A DNA stretch of 64,000 bases, taken from positions 44,640,001 through 44,704,000 of the forward strand of contig CP068257.2 of NCBI GenBank assembly GCA_009914755.4, read 5' to 3'. The DNA is from the human T2T-CHM13v2.0 reference genome, Homo sapiens. Of this stretch, positions 17,246-32,486 are shown in pieces (position 1 is the stretch's first letter; each line of letters begins with the position of its first letter). A program made the position numbers and the translations under genes. A model generated the notes under the pieces. The model was not told where the DNA came from, did not search any database, and saw only the letters and a program-made list of their open reading frames with translations.

Positions 17246-17553
17246 TAGCTGGATGTGGTGGCTCACGCCTGTAATCCCAGCACTTTGGGAGGCGGAGGTG
17301 GGCAGATGACTTGAGCTTAGGAGTTCGGGACCAGCCTGGGCAACACGGCAAGACCCCATCGCTGCAAAAAATAAAACAGTAACTAGGCGTGGTGGAGCAT
17401 GCCTGTAATCCCAGCTACTCTGTAAGCTGAGTGAGAGGAGAGGATCACCTGAGCCTGGGAAGTTGAGGCTGTAGTGAGCCATGATTGGACCACTGCACTT
17501 CAGCCTAGGTGACAGAGTGAGACCCTGTCTCAAAAAAAAAAAAAAAAAAAAAA
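17246..17553 (+). mobile_element. Alu SINE, full length
   Basis: Consensus ending in A22. Confidence 0.95.
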
Positions 17554-17665
17554 GAATTTGAAAAACAACTTTATTTAAAATAACTTGCATCTATACCTTA
17601 TCATGTATAGGTACCAATTACAGAGTGAACATCTCACAATGCAAAACAGCTTAATATGATTGTTA

Positions 17666-17929
<264 letters not shown>

Positions 17930-18562
17930 TCAAGTAAAAGGTAAGAATGTACCACATGGTTAGCACGAACCTACAGAAGTGTATTCTCATAATGATAAAA
18001 AGAAATTAAAACTTAAAACACACACACACATTACAAAAGAAAAGAAAAACATTTGTAAAACTCAGAGCCTCAGACAAAGAGGACTTATGGTCTATTATGC
18101 CAGGCAGTGGGACATCAAAGCTCCCAAAGACCCGAGTCCACCTCTCTCTAACAGTCACAGACCCTCACTGCAGACTAAGAGAAAGACCCCCGAGTCACCT
18201 CTCCAACAGTCACAGACCCTCACTGCAGATAAAAGCAGGGGAGTGTCCTCACTTTCAGCCGGAGTTTTCTAACTCCTGTAATGACCTCAATGACAAAAAA
18301 TCATGGTGCAGGATGTTTACTAAAAGGATTGACTTGTAACAACTGCAAATATTCAAAATATATCACTATTCTAAAACTGTCTCAGTATTCACCATGACTT
18401 TAATATAAGAATCATATAATGGACGTTAACTGGGTTCTTACCTGAATGAGTAAACTGCTATTACACTTAAGTTACAATGTAGCTTGCAAGGAAAAGGAAA
18501 TGCAACAACTTCACACTCAAAATATATACTTATTGTTTTCATGTTGAAAAATTCTAATACCT

Positions 18563-18872
18563 GGGCCCGGCCTGGTGGCTCACGCCTGTAATCCCAGCAC
18601 TTTGGGAGGCCAAGACTGGCAGATCACCTGAGGTCGGGAGTTCGAGACCAGCCTGACCAACATGGAGAAACCCCATCTCTACTAAGAATACAAAAATTAG
18701 CCGGGCGTGGTGGCGCATGGCTGTAGTCCCAGCTACTCAGGAGGCTGAGGCAAGACAATCACTTGAACCCGGGAGGCGGACGTTGCAGTGAGCTGACGTT
18801 GCGCTCACTCTGTCATGGTACTCCACCATGGGTAACAGAGCAAGACTCCATCTCGAGGAAAAAAAAAAAAAG
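18563..18872 (+). mobile_element. Alu SINE, full length
   Basis: Consensus ending in poly-A. Confidence 0.95.
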
Positions 18873-19013
18873 AAAAATTCTAATACCTAATAATAATTTT
18901 TAGAATATAAAAATCACTGTATCAATGATATGATGTTTGATGGCAGCTTTTATTACTATATGTTATTATATTAAGGAAACATGGTGATTATTCAAATTAT
19001 CCACAGCTTTTAA

Positions 19014-19644
<631 letters not shown>

Positions 19645-20120
19645 CGGCTGAAATTTAAGAGAAAAAAATTGGCTAAGAGAAGTACCTGTGTTTTTTCCTT
19701 TTATTTTTGGTCCCTGCATATATTTTTAGTGTTAATGGAATACTTACTTTTTAGTAGGTAATACATTCACACAGTTCAACATTGTAACAGTGTAAGAATG
19801 CCCTGTCCAAGACGGAGCACTCCACCATAACCTCTGCCCCTCGGAATCCCGCTCCCTCTACAGACAGGAGCCCATTCTTTTGCATCCTCCCACTACTATT
19901 TTATACATACATTAGCAAACATATTTGCACATTTATGTACACATACACGCAACACTCACTCCAAGAAGACAGGCAGACTATGAAGATCAGACACAGCATA
20001 TCACAGGCTCTGAGACTCAACAGCAATAGAGCCCAATGGAAAGGAGTTGCTCCTGCCCTGATGGCACCCAAGATGACGACCTCACCAGGCCCCTAGAACC
20101 TCTGCCACCAAGTGCCATAC

Positions 20121-20311
20121 CTTGCCGCATGATCCTGTCTCTCTGGTCAAGCAGGCGGTACTTCTCCTTGGATGTCTCAGCCACAGTGCCTATCAGGGTA
20201 CTGAGGGAGAGCACACATGGCCCGAGGCCCTCGGAGCCCTCGGAGGCTGAGTCAAAAGAGTCTCCCTCGAATTGGTGGGCCTTTAGAAGACTTGGCTTCT
20301 TCACTGGAGAG
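20121..20311 (-). CDS. MCM3AP: MCM3AP coding exon 6 ([20 protein letters not shown]...RDRIMRQ)
   Basis: Acceptor ttatAG|C and donor CAAG|GTATGG, anchored on ORF 20017..20382. Phase 2 to 1. Confidence 0.88.
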
Positions 20312-20550
20312 CTATAAAGTAAACACCACGCTGAGGGCCCTCGTCCCAGGAAGGCCTTCAGAGCATTTTCATTTCTGAACACGTCCCCTCATCTTTCAAG
20401 ATTTTCTGGTCCTCTAAAGCTGAGAAACTACAAGCACTGAAATGAGATGAGTTTTGATAAGGATGGTAATGAGCACAAAAGCGTTATTCACATTACTCAC
20501 TGACTTTAATATAATTTTGAAATATTTCATACTTTTGAAAAACAAAATAG

Positions 20551-20771
20551 CCTGGGCAACATAGGGAGACCCCATCTCTACAAAAAATTTAAAAATTAGC
20601 CGGGCATGGTGGCATGTGCCTCTAGTCCCAGCTACTCGAGAGGCTGGGGTGAGAGGATTGCTTGAGCCTGGCAGGCAGAGGTTGCAGTGAGCTGAGATTA
20701 TTACACTGCTGCTCTCCAGCCTGGGTGACAGAGTGAGACTCTAACTTACCACCCCCCGAAAAAAAAAAAAA
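20551..20771 (+). mobile_element. Alu, 5'-truncated
   Basis: Starts at cctgggcaacat and ends in poly-A. Confidence 0.85.
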
Positions 20772-21228
20772 GATAGGCTCATTTAAACAGCTAAAATGAA
20801 CACTTACTGATTTCTATTTCAAAGAAATAAACTCAGCATGAAAAAAGTCTTTAATATCATAAGGAAATATTAAGCCTACATGTTTTAAAACAGAAATTAT
20901 TTTGGTAGAAGGACATACTAAAAGGAATCAGGCATTCTCTCTCAGCTTCCCCATTTTCTAGCTTTCATCATTTTCTGAACTTGAATGTCAAAGATTATGT
21001 CAAACCAGCAACTAAACTGCTCATCACAAAACGGAAAGTGAGGAAAATACATTGGCCAAAAGATGAAAAGATGGATTCAGCCGGAGATCTGTCAAAGTAG
21101 GCCTGGTGTGAAAAGCAAAAGCCTTTGAGAACAGAGTTCCCCAGACAGACAAGGTAGCCAGGGCACTTCACATCACATGCCGGTTAACACAACTAACATG
21201 GCCGACCGTGTCTGCTTCACTGTGATAA

Positions 21229-21579
<351 letters not shown>

Positions 21580-21648
21580 TCAGGAAAAAAAAAAAAAAAA
21601 AAGTAATGCTGGAAACTGCTGAAAGTGATTATTAGAAATGCATGGTTT

Positions 21649-21939
<291 letters not shown>

Positions 21940-22589
21940 TTATTGCTTATACATTTATATGTCAAGTGGAACTGCACTTAACTGCAGTGGGATTCAGGAC
22001 GAGTTAGATGAGCAAGGAGATTTCCTACTACAATCCTGTGAGGCAGGCAGCGACCCGCCACAGGGCGCCAGCCTGCGTGTGTCCCACAGAGCAGGCACTC
22101 TGTGCAAGGACAGAAGTTCTGCTGTCCTAAGTGAGCAGCCTCCCCTGGATCTCCTGTAGCTGCAGCTGAAAGGTCTGTACCAGCTATAACAACTGTGTGA
22201 TGAGATTCTCCCATAGAAAATGCCAAGATGGAAACAAGAAAAAAAGGCCAGCCCCAAAGGAAGGCTTTCTCAGCAACCTTGGCCCTAGGGTATATGAGAA
22301 CAAGACAGGACAGAATCACTGCTCTCCACCATCTCTGCAGCTGGCAGTTACCAGTGTCAGAAAATTCTCTCTTCTGGCTGGGACCACCAGCCCCACACAG
22401 ACCCACCTCCTAACGGCCCATGCTGGCAGGAGGGGCAGAGCCCCTGCCCCTCCACCCCCAACCATCCCTAGCAACTGGCTTTTGTCTCCTCACCACTCCC
22501 CACAGTCTTGCACCCTGACTCAGGTGTCGCTATAGGGCGCTATTTCCTGGTCCTTCCGGAATAAGGTCATTAGGAGGGACCGATCCCAC

Positions 22590-22734
22590 CTTTTATTCAG
22601 GAGGCTGCTAGCACCAGTCCTCCCTGCGGCCTTGCCAAGAGGAGAGTGCTGAAAGGGTGCATCCTCTGTGCTCGGGCTGACTTCACCGTCACCTGGTTTC
22701 TTCTCCTTCAGGGAAAAGGGTTTCTTATTGGGGC
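22590..22734 (-). CDS. MCM3AP: MCM3AP coding exon 5 ([19 protein letters not shown]...ASSLLNK)
   Basis: Acceptor cacAG|GC and donor AAAAG|GTGGGA, anchored on ORF 22520..22780. Phase 1 to 2. Confidence 0.88.
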
Positions 22735-22969
22735 CTGTGGACATAGGAGGCAGAAAAGAGTTTATGCAATCACAGATCACCTGGAACTGGATTTTTTCAC
22801 TCTGTTTCTAAGAAAGTAATATTATTTTCATTGTCACAGGAGGTTAGAGAAGAGCCCAAGGAAATAACTGTGAGATGCAAATCCACTGAGAGCCAGCCTC
22901 CTCCACTGGCTGGGGAAAGGGCTCACGCTCAAAGGGTTTGGACCAAGAGCATGAGAAACTGAAAAGAGG

Positions 22970-23060
22970 GCCATGCACAATGGCTCATGCCTGTAATCCC
23001 AAGATCAGACTGGGCAACATAGCGAGATCTCATCTCTATAAAATAAATAAAAATAATTTT
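22970..23060 (+). mobile_element. Alu fragment
   Basis: Reads ggctcatgcctgtaatccca...ctgggcaacatagcgagatc. Confidence 0.55.
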
Positions 23061-23093
23061 TTTAAAAAGTGAAAAGAATAATTGAAAACTCAC

Positions 23094-23172
23094 TTATTTT
23101 CTTCCTGTGCCAAAAGATAGCCATGTCTTTATGCAAACTTTTCCCCTTCTTTCTAGCCAGGGCTGCAGATGC
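23094..23172 (-). CDS. MCM3AP: MCM3AP coding exon 4 (79 nt; [26 protein letters not shown])
   Basis: Acceptor tccAG|GCA and donor ATAA|GTGAGT. Required by phase: exon 3 ends in phase 0 and exon 5 needs 1 nt. The correct frame is not in the ORF track; the listed ORF 23094..23336 is another frame. Confidence 0.8.
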
Positions 23173-23408
23173 CTGGAAAACAGTCCACAACCGCCATGTG
23201 TGAGTATATCAGGAAACCAAAGGAAATGGGATTGAAAACTCAAATGCAGTAAGCACAACAGACCATTCAAAGGCACCAGGAGCTCCTGTCCTTTGCACGA
23301 CAGTGATTTCTCCACCCACACGTCTGCTAACTGCATGGTCTCTGGCTGCGGCAGCAGCAGTATTCATCTCCCTTACCTGTCTCACAAGCATGTATTTGCT
23401 CTTTCCCC

Positions 23409-23715
<307 letters not shown>

Positions 23716-24137
23716 TAACAACTTTGCTTCATAGAACTCACAAACTTGGCCTTGTTGGCATTTGGTGAGATGATTCTCACCAGCTGATCACACATACAGA
23801 GACAGAAAGTTTGCGAAGTCACAATTAAGCACAAAAGGGAGCTGCAGAATAACACACATGGGATGCCACTTACCACAGAAAACACACACAAAACCAACCA
23901 CGTTAGTCTCCGTGTAGATACACTCATAAAAATGTCTAAAAAAATACACATCACACTAGTTAACTGGACTGCTCCTGAGTAACAGGAGAGATGAGGATAT
24001 TCAGTTTTGTCTGTATCAATGAATTGTTTATAAAGGCAGTCTATTTACATATTAGTTATGTCATAAAATATTTAAGGTTCAGCTGGGAAAATAAGCACAT
24101 TGCAACAGGCAAAAAATAACTGTAAAAACAAAAGGGG

Positions 24138-24312
24138 GTTGGGCATGGTGGCTCATGCCCGTTATCCTAGCACTTTGGGAGGTGGAGGTGGGAGGATCAC
24201 TTGTGCCCAGGAATTTAGGACCAGCCTGGGCCACATAGTGAAACTTCATCTCAAAAAAATAAATAAATAATAAAATAACAATAAAATAAATAGTAGTAAT
24301 AAATAATAAAAA
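24138..24312 (+). mobile_element. Alu left-monomer (FLAM-like) with an A-rich tail
   Basis: Left monomer only, followed by an (AAATA)n-rich tail. Confidence 0.75.
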
Positions 24313-24315
24313 CAA

Positions 24316-24615
24316 GGCCAGGCATGGTGGCTCACGCCTGTAATCCCAGCACTTTGGGAGGCCAAGGTGCGTGGAACACTGAGGTCAGGAGTTCGAGACC
24401 AGCCTGGCCAACGTGGTGAAACCCCCTCTCCACTAAAACTACAAAAATTAGCCAGGCATGGTGGTGCACACACAATCCCAGCTACTTGGGAGGCTGAGGG
24501 AGGAGAATCGCTTGAACTGGAAAGGTAAAGGTTGAAGTGAGCCAAGATTGCGCCACTACAATACAGGCTGGGAGACAGAGCAAGGCCCCGTCTCAAAAAC
24601 AACAACAACAAAAAT
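24316..24615 (+). mobile_element. Alu SINE, full length
   Basis: Consensus with an (AAC)n tail. Confidence 0.95.
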
Positions 24616-24617
24616 GA

Positions 24618-24790
24618 GAGCCGGTACAATGACTCAGGTCTGTAATCCCAACATTTTGGGAGGCTAAGGCAGGAGGACAGCTTGAGGACCGGAGTTCGAG
24701 ACCTGCCTGAGCAACACAGTAAGACCCCATCTATACAAATGTAAAAATACAAACTTTTTTTAATTAAAAAAATTAAAACTAAAAACAAAT
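24618..24790 (+). mobile_element. Alu left-monomer-like fragment
   Basis: Reads ggtctgtaatcccaacattttgggaggctaaggcagga...ccggagttcgagacctgcctg. Confidence 0.65.
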
Positions 24791-24990
24791 TAGGATTACC
24801 ATATGACCCAGCAATTCCAATCCTAAGAATATACCCCAAAAAACTGAAAGCAGGGACTCAAATAAGTCATATGCCAATGAACATTATTCACAATAGCCAA
24901 AAAGTAGAAACAACCCGCGTCTGCCAACAGACGAATCAACAAAACGTAGTCCATCCACTCAATGTAGTATCATTCACTTTATAAATTTAT
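24791..24990 (+). mobile_element. L1 3'-region fragment
   Basis: accatatgacccagcaattccaatcctaagaatatacccc...aatagccaaaaagtagaaacaacc matches L1 ORF2-end/3'UTR consensus text. Confidence 0.7.
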
Positions 24991-25119
24991 ACTTTATAAA
25001 TTCCTATAGAACGTAATTTTGTCTATGAGAATACTCAGAAAAAATAGTGACGATATAAAGCTATATAACATAAGCAGTCCACGTTCACTGCACCCTAGAA
25101 AGTATTATGCATACATTTA

Positions 25120-25821
<702 letters not shown>

Positions 25822-26211
25822 AATTTCACTTTTTCTGTATTGTTTGAACGTTTACAGCGATCATCTTCTATGACCAAATAAAACAAAAACAAAACCAAAA
25901 AACTCAACTTCCAAAAGTACTATGTGGTTAGAGCCTTTCAGAAGAATTTCTGAATTTCTAAAGCCTTTCAGAAGAATTTCACTTCATGAGAACAACTCTC
26001 CCAGCATTTCTAGAGTACTATATTCTGTAGGGACCTAGAATATGCCAAGTTATGAAATAAATAGTGCTATCCCAGCCTATGCTAATAAGATATTTGAGTA
26101 CTTTCTCTATATTATAGTAAGCAAACAACTGAGGGACCAAAAAAAAAAAACAGGTTTTAAAGTGACAAGGTTCAAATCTAGGGTAACAAATGGCAAGATG
26201 GGAGTACTCAC

Positions 26212-26435
26212 ATGATCAAAGAAATGTACCACTGCAAGCTTTTTGCTGCGCCTGGTAAAGATGCGCTGCACTTTAGCAATTTTGCCAAAATGGTTCTCCA
26301 GAATGGTCCTGTCGTTGAGGTAGTCAGGGATATTCTTGCACTGGATGGCTGTGACTTCAGAGGGAGACAAGCCCCCAAGACTGTCTGTGCTCTCGCTTCT
26401 GTTACTCTGACGCGCCGGAGTTCCTCTTAGAGAAT
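26212..26435 (-). CDS. MCM3AP: MCM3AP coding exon 3 (DSLRGT...AVVHFFDH)
   Basis: Acceptor cctAG|AT and donor CAT|GTGAGT. Phase 1 to 0. Matches ORF 26107..26370. Confidence 0.88.
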
Positions 26436-26664
26436 CTAGGGGTTCAGAGAATGGACACTTAAACCATCAGATGTTTCCAACAACAGGAGGCACCAACTGT
26501 GTCGAAGCAGAGGAAATTTTCAGATGTAAGACCTGCTCCGATGACATGTTAGAATCCCTAATGTTTATGGGAGATTTATCTGAAAAATCAAGCTAACACC
26601 CAGAGAAACGTATTGAAAACCTGCCTGCAGGATTTACTCTATGTGCTACATTTTCAGAGCTCAC

Positions 26665-27883
26665 CTTCTTTCTTCTCTCTACTTTCAGTTTCTTCCTCTT
26701 TATTCACACCTGGAATCCGGGAAGGTGCCAGGACAGACTGATTCCCTCCTGGGATAGCCATGTGGTCACTTTCTGCAGACTCAACAAAGCCAGTTTCCTT
26801 TTTGGCCTCCTTGTTGCCCAGACGACCTACTTCCTTATTGCTTTTGAAAACATCCTGTATCGTCCGACCAAATAAAGTACCTCCCCGGGGTCGATTCAGG
26901 CGGACAGGTCGTTTGTCTGGAGGATGATCGCCCCGGGACAGAGGATCCGAATCTTCTGCTGGCTCGTGGCCATGTCTCCTTGGGGAGCGATCCTGGTCCT
27001 CCTTCCTTTTCAGTCCTTTCATTAGGCTGGGAAGTGGTTCCACCTGGGAAACAGCTTCTTCACACCCCTGCCTGACACCTGCTTTGCTAGCCTGGAAAGG
27101 TTCGCCCAAAACCGCAGATGATACAGGGAAGCTACTGAAGCTATTATTAGAACTTCCAAATATTGACTTAGGTCCTCTCTTCTCTTCCTCTACATTTTGG
27201 TTTGACAAAGCAGGGGTAAAGGCAGATAATGAATTATTACTACTAACAGGTTTTGAAAAGGTAAAATTTGAAGTGGTAGCTGAACTACTTGTTACTTGAG
27301 GAAAAGAGAAAGGGGCCAGGCCTCCAGGTGCACTACTAATTGGGTGGGAAAATGTAAAAAACCCAGAAGCAATTTGGCTCTGGGTTTTCTCTGGCTCAGA
27401 TTCAGCCCCCAGTATTGGTTTGAACACTGCATTTTCCAGAGGTTTAAAGCTGAATTCTGTTTTCCCAAAACCAGAGTTCACTATTTCTCCAGCTTCTTGT
27501 CCAAAAGCAGAAGTGCTTGGGAAAGCCCCAACACTGGTGGGTGATTTAAAACTAAATCCTGTGTTTCCCAGCACAGATAAACTTGAAGGCCCAGAGGTAG
27601 CCACAAAGGTGGAAGTGTGCTCAAGTCCAGAAAAGGGTCCAACACTTGAGGTTTGGGTGAACCCTAATGTTTGCACTGAAGAGGAATGACTTACTCCAGA
27701 AGACGCTGGAAAGCTGGATACCTGTGAAAATCCCGAGCTCTTCCCAGATAAGGTACTGTTTTGTCCAAAAAGAGAAGGTTGACCAAATCGAAATGGCGGC
27801 TTAGATGGAAGTGTTCCTACATTACTAGAAGACGCCGAAAAAGCACTAGGCTGCTGCCCACTGAAAGGATTAGTTGGGTTCAT
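26665..27883 (-). CDS. MCM3AP: MCM3AP first coding exon (exon 2): Met1 to codon 406 plus 1 nt, FG-repeat nucleoporin-like region
   Basis: 413-aa ORF 26654..27895. The ATG of [11 protein letters not shown] is at 27883-27881, and the M labelled at 27895 is a TTG. Acceptor AG at 27891-27890. Donor GAAG|GTGAGC with GT at 26664-26663. Confidence 0.9.
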
Positions 27884-28399
27884 CTTCTGCTCCAATTATT
27901 AGAAGGTAATTAAGTATTATGTGTACAAAATTAATTGGCTTCCTGAAACAGCCTGTAGCACTAGGGAGTTCCCCTTCGTCTTTAGAACAAGCTGAAAGAG
28001 AAAAATTCAGATCATCATAGCTATGTTCTGCTACAAGTCTAAGAAAAGAATTTTTGAACACTGTCATACTAAAAGGATAACTATTTCAAAGGCAGGCAAA
28101 GGGTTATTATTTTCTGAGAGCCGATAGGTTATTTTGTTGGAGGGTGGGGTAGAGAGTGGTACAAATAATTACTTTGTTACAGAGGTTTAAAGCGTGATCC
28201 TTTAAGATTAAAAAAAAAAAAGCCGAATCTTTTTACTGAGTTAGTAAATTCATGAAAAACCTCCATTGGCAGTAAGAAAATGAATGCTGTTCCACCTTAC
28301 AACTTAGAGACGAATTTCTCCCGACTTCCTCCAATCTCTACAGCCGGAGAATTCACTGTAACGCTGTCAAAACCTTAGCGTTTCGGGATCTCCTCCCAC

Positions 28400-28520
28400 C
28401 TGGCTTCCCTCGGAGCGGCTGGAGCGCTAAGCACTTTCTCACATTCCTTCATCGCGCCCTGGCGGCCACCCTCGAGCGGGCTGGAAGGACGAGGGCGCTG
28501 CCACGAAGCTGAGGCCTCTC
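28400..28520 (-). other. MCM3AP: MCM3AP non-coding exon 1 (5'UTR), approximate
   Basis: Lies inside the CpG island. The minus-strand donor CCAG|GTGGGA puts the exon end at 28400; an alternative donor AAG|GTGGAA lies near 28296. The TSS is not determinable from sequence. Confidence 0.25.
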
Positions 28521-28899
28521 GGCGGGGACGGCGTGCCCGGGGAGCCTAATCTTCCACCCAGCACAGCCCGAAACGGCGGAGGCCACGCGCTGGGCCCAGG
28601 CCGGCCTGGCCACTGTCCCGCCCCGGGCTCGCCAGGGGTCGCCGGCGCCGCAACGCTCCGTTAGCGACGATGTGGAGGCCCGGGCGCGCGGAGCTGCGTG
28701 GGGGAAGGAAACGGCGCCCCTGGCGCCGGCCCAGCCCCCACGCTCACCGTCTCGCCCCAGGACCCCGAGGCCCGCGCTGCCCACTGGCCCCTCGGAAAGA
28801 CTTGAGGCGCAAGCACAGGCTGCTGCCGCGACACTCAGCGCTGCGCACCGCGGGCAGAAAACGCCGCGGACCGACTTCCGGTTCGCTCAGCACTACCGG

Positions 28900-29011
28900 A
28901 TTCCGCCCCGCCCGCTGCGATCCGGTTCCGCTCCCCACAACCCGCTCTGTGGCGGGGCTTCCGGTCGGGAGGGTCCGCCAGCTCTCGCGTCCTTTGCTGG
29001 GTCCAGACACC
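28900..29011 (+). other. YBEY: YBEY non-coding exon 1 (5'UTR), approximate start
   Basis: Strong donor CACCG|GTACGT with GT at 29012-29013 inside the CpG island. The TSS is not determinable. Confidence 0.35.
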
Positions 29012-29510
29012 GGTACGTCCGGGCGGGTTTTTAGTCTCCCAAGCGAGAGCGTCGCATTCACCCGCGTGGGTCTGCGGGCGCCCCAGACCCCAGAGGACCC
29101 GGCCCCCAACGCTTACCTGTCCCCTCTCCTGTCCCTCCCCCATTCCAGCCCCTTCTCTCCCCAGCCGTTGCCCCTCCCCGCACCCCGCCGCGTCCGCGCG
29201 CCTCTCTCCGCGCGCACCCCCAACCCGCCCCCTTTTCTCTGGGAACCGCTCCTTCCGCTCCGCCCGCCTGGAGTCCTTCTGGCCGGATTCCGCGGCATCC
29301 TTCCATAGACCCTCGTTGTTGCTTCCTCCTTGTGGTAAATGTAAATTCCCTTAAGATTTTCAATCAGTTCCACCAAATAAAGTGATCTGATTGCGCGTGC
29401 ATCTGTATTTTTACAGACCGTATTATCACTTGTACTGATTGGTCTTCTCTTACACTTTAACCCCAGGTTCCGTTGCAAACATTTTTAAAGGGCTGGTTAT
29501 TCTTCCTGAA

Positions 29511-29720
29511 ATGAGTTTGGTGATTAGAAATCTGCAGCGAGTCATCCCCATCAGGAGAGCGCCACTTCGCAGTAAGATCGAGATTGTAAGGAGGATTTTA
29601 GGAGTGCAGAAATTTGACCTGGGGATCATCTGTGTTGACAACAAGAATATTCAGCACATTAATAGAATCTACAGAGATAGAAATGTCCCAACCGATGTGC
29701 TTTCTTTTCCATTTCATGAG
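29511..29720 (+). CDS. YBEY: YBEY coding exon 2 (M1..E70); the exon probably begins at the acceptor at 29467
   Basis: ATG at 29511 within ORF 29439..29921. Pyrimidine-rich acceptor ccccAG at 29465-29466. Donor GAG|GTAAAA at 29721. Confidence 0.9.
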
Positions 29721-29780
29721 GTAAAAAAAAAATGTTCCTCTTCTTGTCTAGCCCATCTTCCCAGAGTAAATTTCCTGTCG

Positions 29781-30097
29781 TTTTGTTTTGTTTTGTTTTG
29801 TTTTTTAATTGAGACGGAGTCTTGCTCTGTCACCCAGGCTGGAGTGCAGTGGTGCGATCTCGGCTCACTGCAACCTCCCTTCCTGGTTCAAGTGATTCTT
29901 TTGCCTCAGCCTCCCCAGTAGGTGGGACCACAGATGCTGGCCACCACGCCTGGCTAATTTTTTTTTGTCAGTATTTTTAGTAGAGACGGGGGTTTTACCA
30001 TGTTGGCCAGGCTGCTCCTGAACTGATCTCAGGTGATCTGCCTGCCTCGGGCTTCCCAGAGTGTTGGGATTACAGGCGTGAGCCAGAGCACCCGGCC
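29781..30097 (-). mobile_element. Alu SINE with a (TTTTG)n head, in YBEY intron 2 immediately after coding exon 2
   Basis: Reverse consensus. ORF 29439..29921 reads through from the exon into it. Confidence 0.9.
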
Positions 30098-30305
30098 TAA
30101 ATTTCATGTATTAATTATATTATAGGCTAGGCTCCATGGTGCCTATAAGTATATATGTTACAGACATGATTTTTAATTTTAATTTTGAAAATTTTCAAAT
30201 ATACACAAAAGTAGAGAGAGCAGTATATTCAGCCTCCACTGATCGAGGCCCATCACCCAGAGTCTACAATTACACTGGTAACCCAGCAGGAAAAAGAAAG
30301 GTGAC

Positions 30306-30633
<328 letters not shown>

Positions 30634-30993
30634 GGTGACTAGCGTCCACCCCCCTTCCCCTCCTAATGCTCTCAGTGAATTAGAAGAGAGAAGCAAACTG
30701 CTTCTGCAATATTTTTGCAGTTTTAAGTGGGATTCGTTAATGAATATGTGCACATTGGAAAAATTAAAACAACACTGAAAATAAACAGACTGGGGTAAAT
30801 ATTTCCAACAAACTCAATGTAATAGCAGTCAGGTTATTATCTACATTCTGTAGATGACTTCATTCAAGGCTTCCCACATTGTAGCAGCAGGAATTGGAGC
30901 AATCCTTTGGGAAAGCAACTTGGCATTTCAAACACACGTATCCTTTAGTCCTGTGGTGACACACCCAAGACAATAAACCAAAAGGCAGAAGAG

Positions 30994-31313
<320 letters not shown>

Positions 31314-31316
31314 TCA

Positions 31317-31629
<313 letters not shown>

Positions 31630-31967
31630 GTTACCATTTTCTGTAATAGGAAAATAAGAGGAGCATCCTAAATATCCAGCCATAGGTGACTGGCTTAGTG
31701 TGAACAGTCCTTAACTAAGTGGACTGGTCTTTATAGTCTTTATGTGGAAAATGTGAAAGACTCTTTAGGACAAAATACCAAGTGGAAAGAACAGGAATAT
31801 ACAGTCGTGTCCATGTGATGATTTAACTCTGTAGAAGTTGTGGATCTGCGTGATTCTGCATTGGGAGGGATGAAAGAAATGAAAAGCCATTTGACAAGGT
31901 GATAGCAACCTAAACAAACAGGCTTTTAAAGAAAAGGATGTTTATTTGGGATAGAGCATTGCAGTGA

Positions 31968-32352
<385 letters not shown>

Positions 32353-32486
32353 GCAAAGGTTTTTAAAGGAAAAAAACATAATTGTTTTGAGATAATGATC
32401 CTTGGTTGCAAAGATCAATAACAAGATTAATGTCCGTCCAAGGTTAGACAGGCAGTTGCTGGGCAGATTATCCTTGCAGAAGTTTC

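Larger units (their letters stand above)
28380..29350. promoter_or_regulatory. CpG island and bidirectional promoter shared by MCM3AP (minus) and YBEY (plus)
   Basis: Very high GC and CpG density, with multiple GC-box-like GGGCGG/CCGCCC motifs and no TATA box. Sits between the divergent first exons, and the long ORFs on both strands are typical of CpG islands. Confidence 0.8.

Noticed and set aside
28449-29478. ORFs 28670..29308 (212 aa), 28672..29034, 28744..29109, 29058..29363 and 29113..29478 in the promoter region
   Set aside because: They are CpG-island composition artefacts, Arg/Pro/Gly-rich, on both strands and overlapping. The true coding starts are at 27883 (MCM3AP) and 29511 (YBEY).
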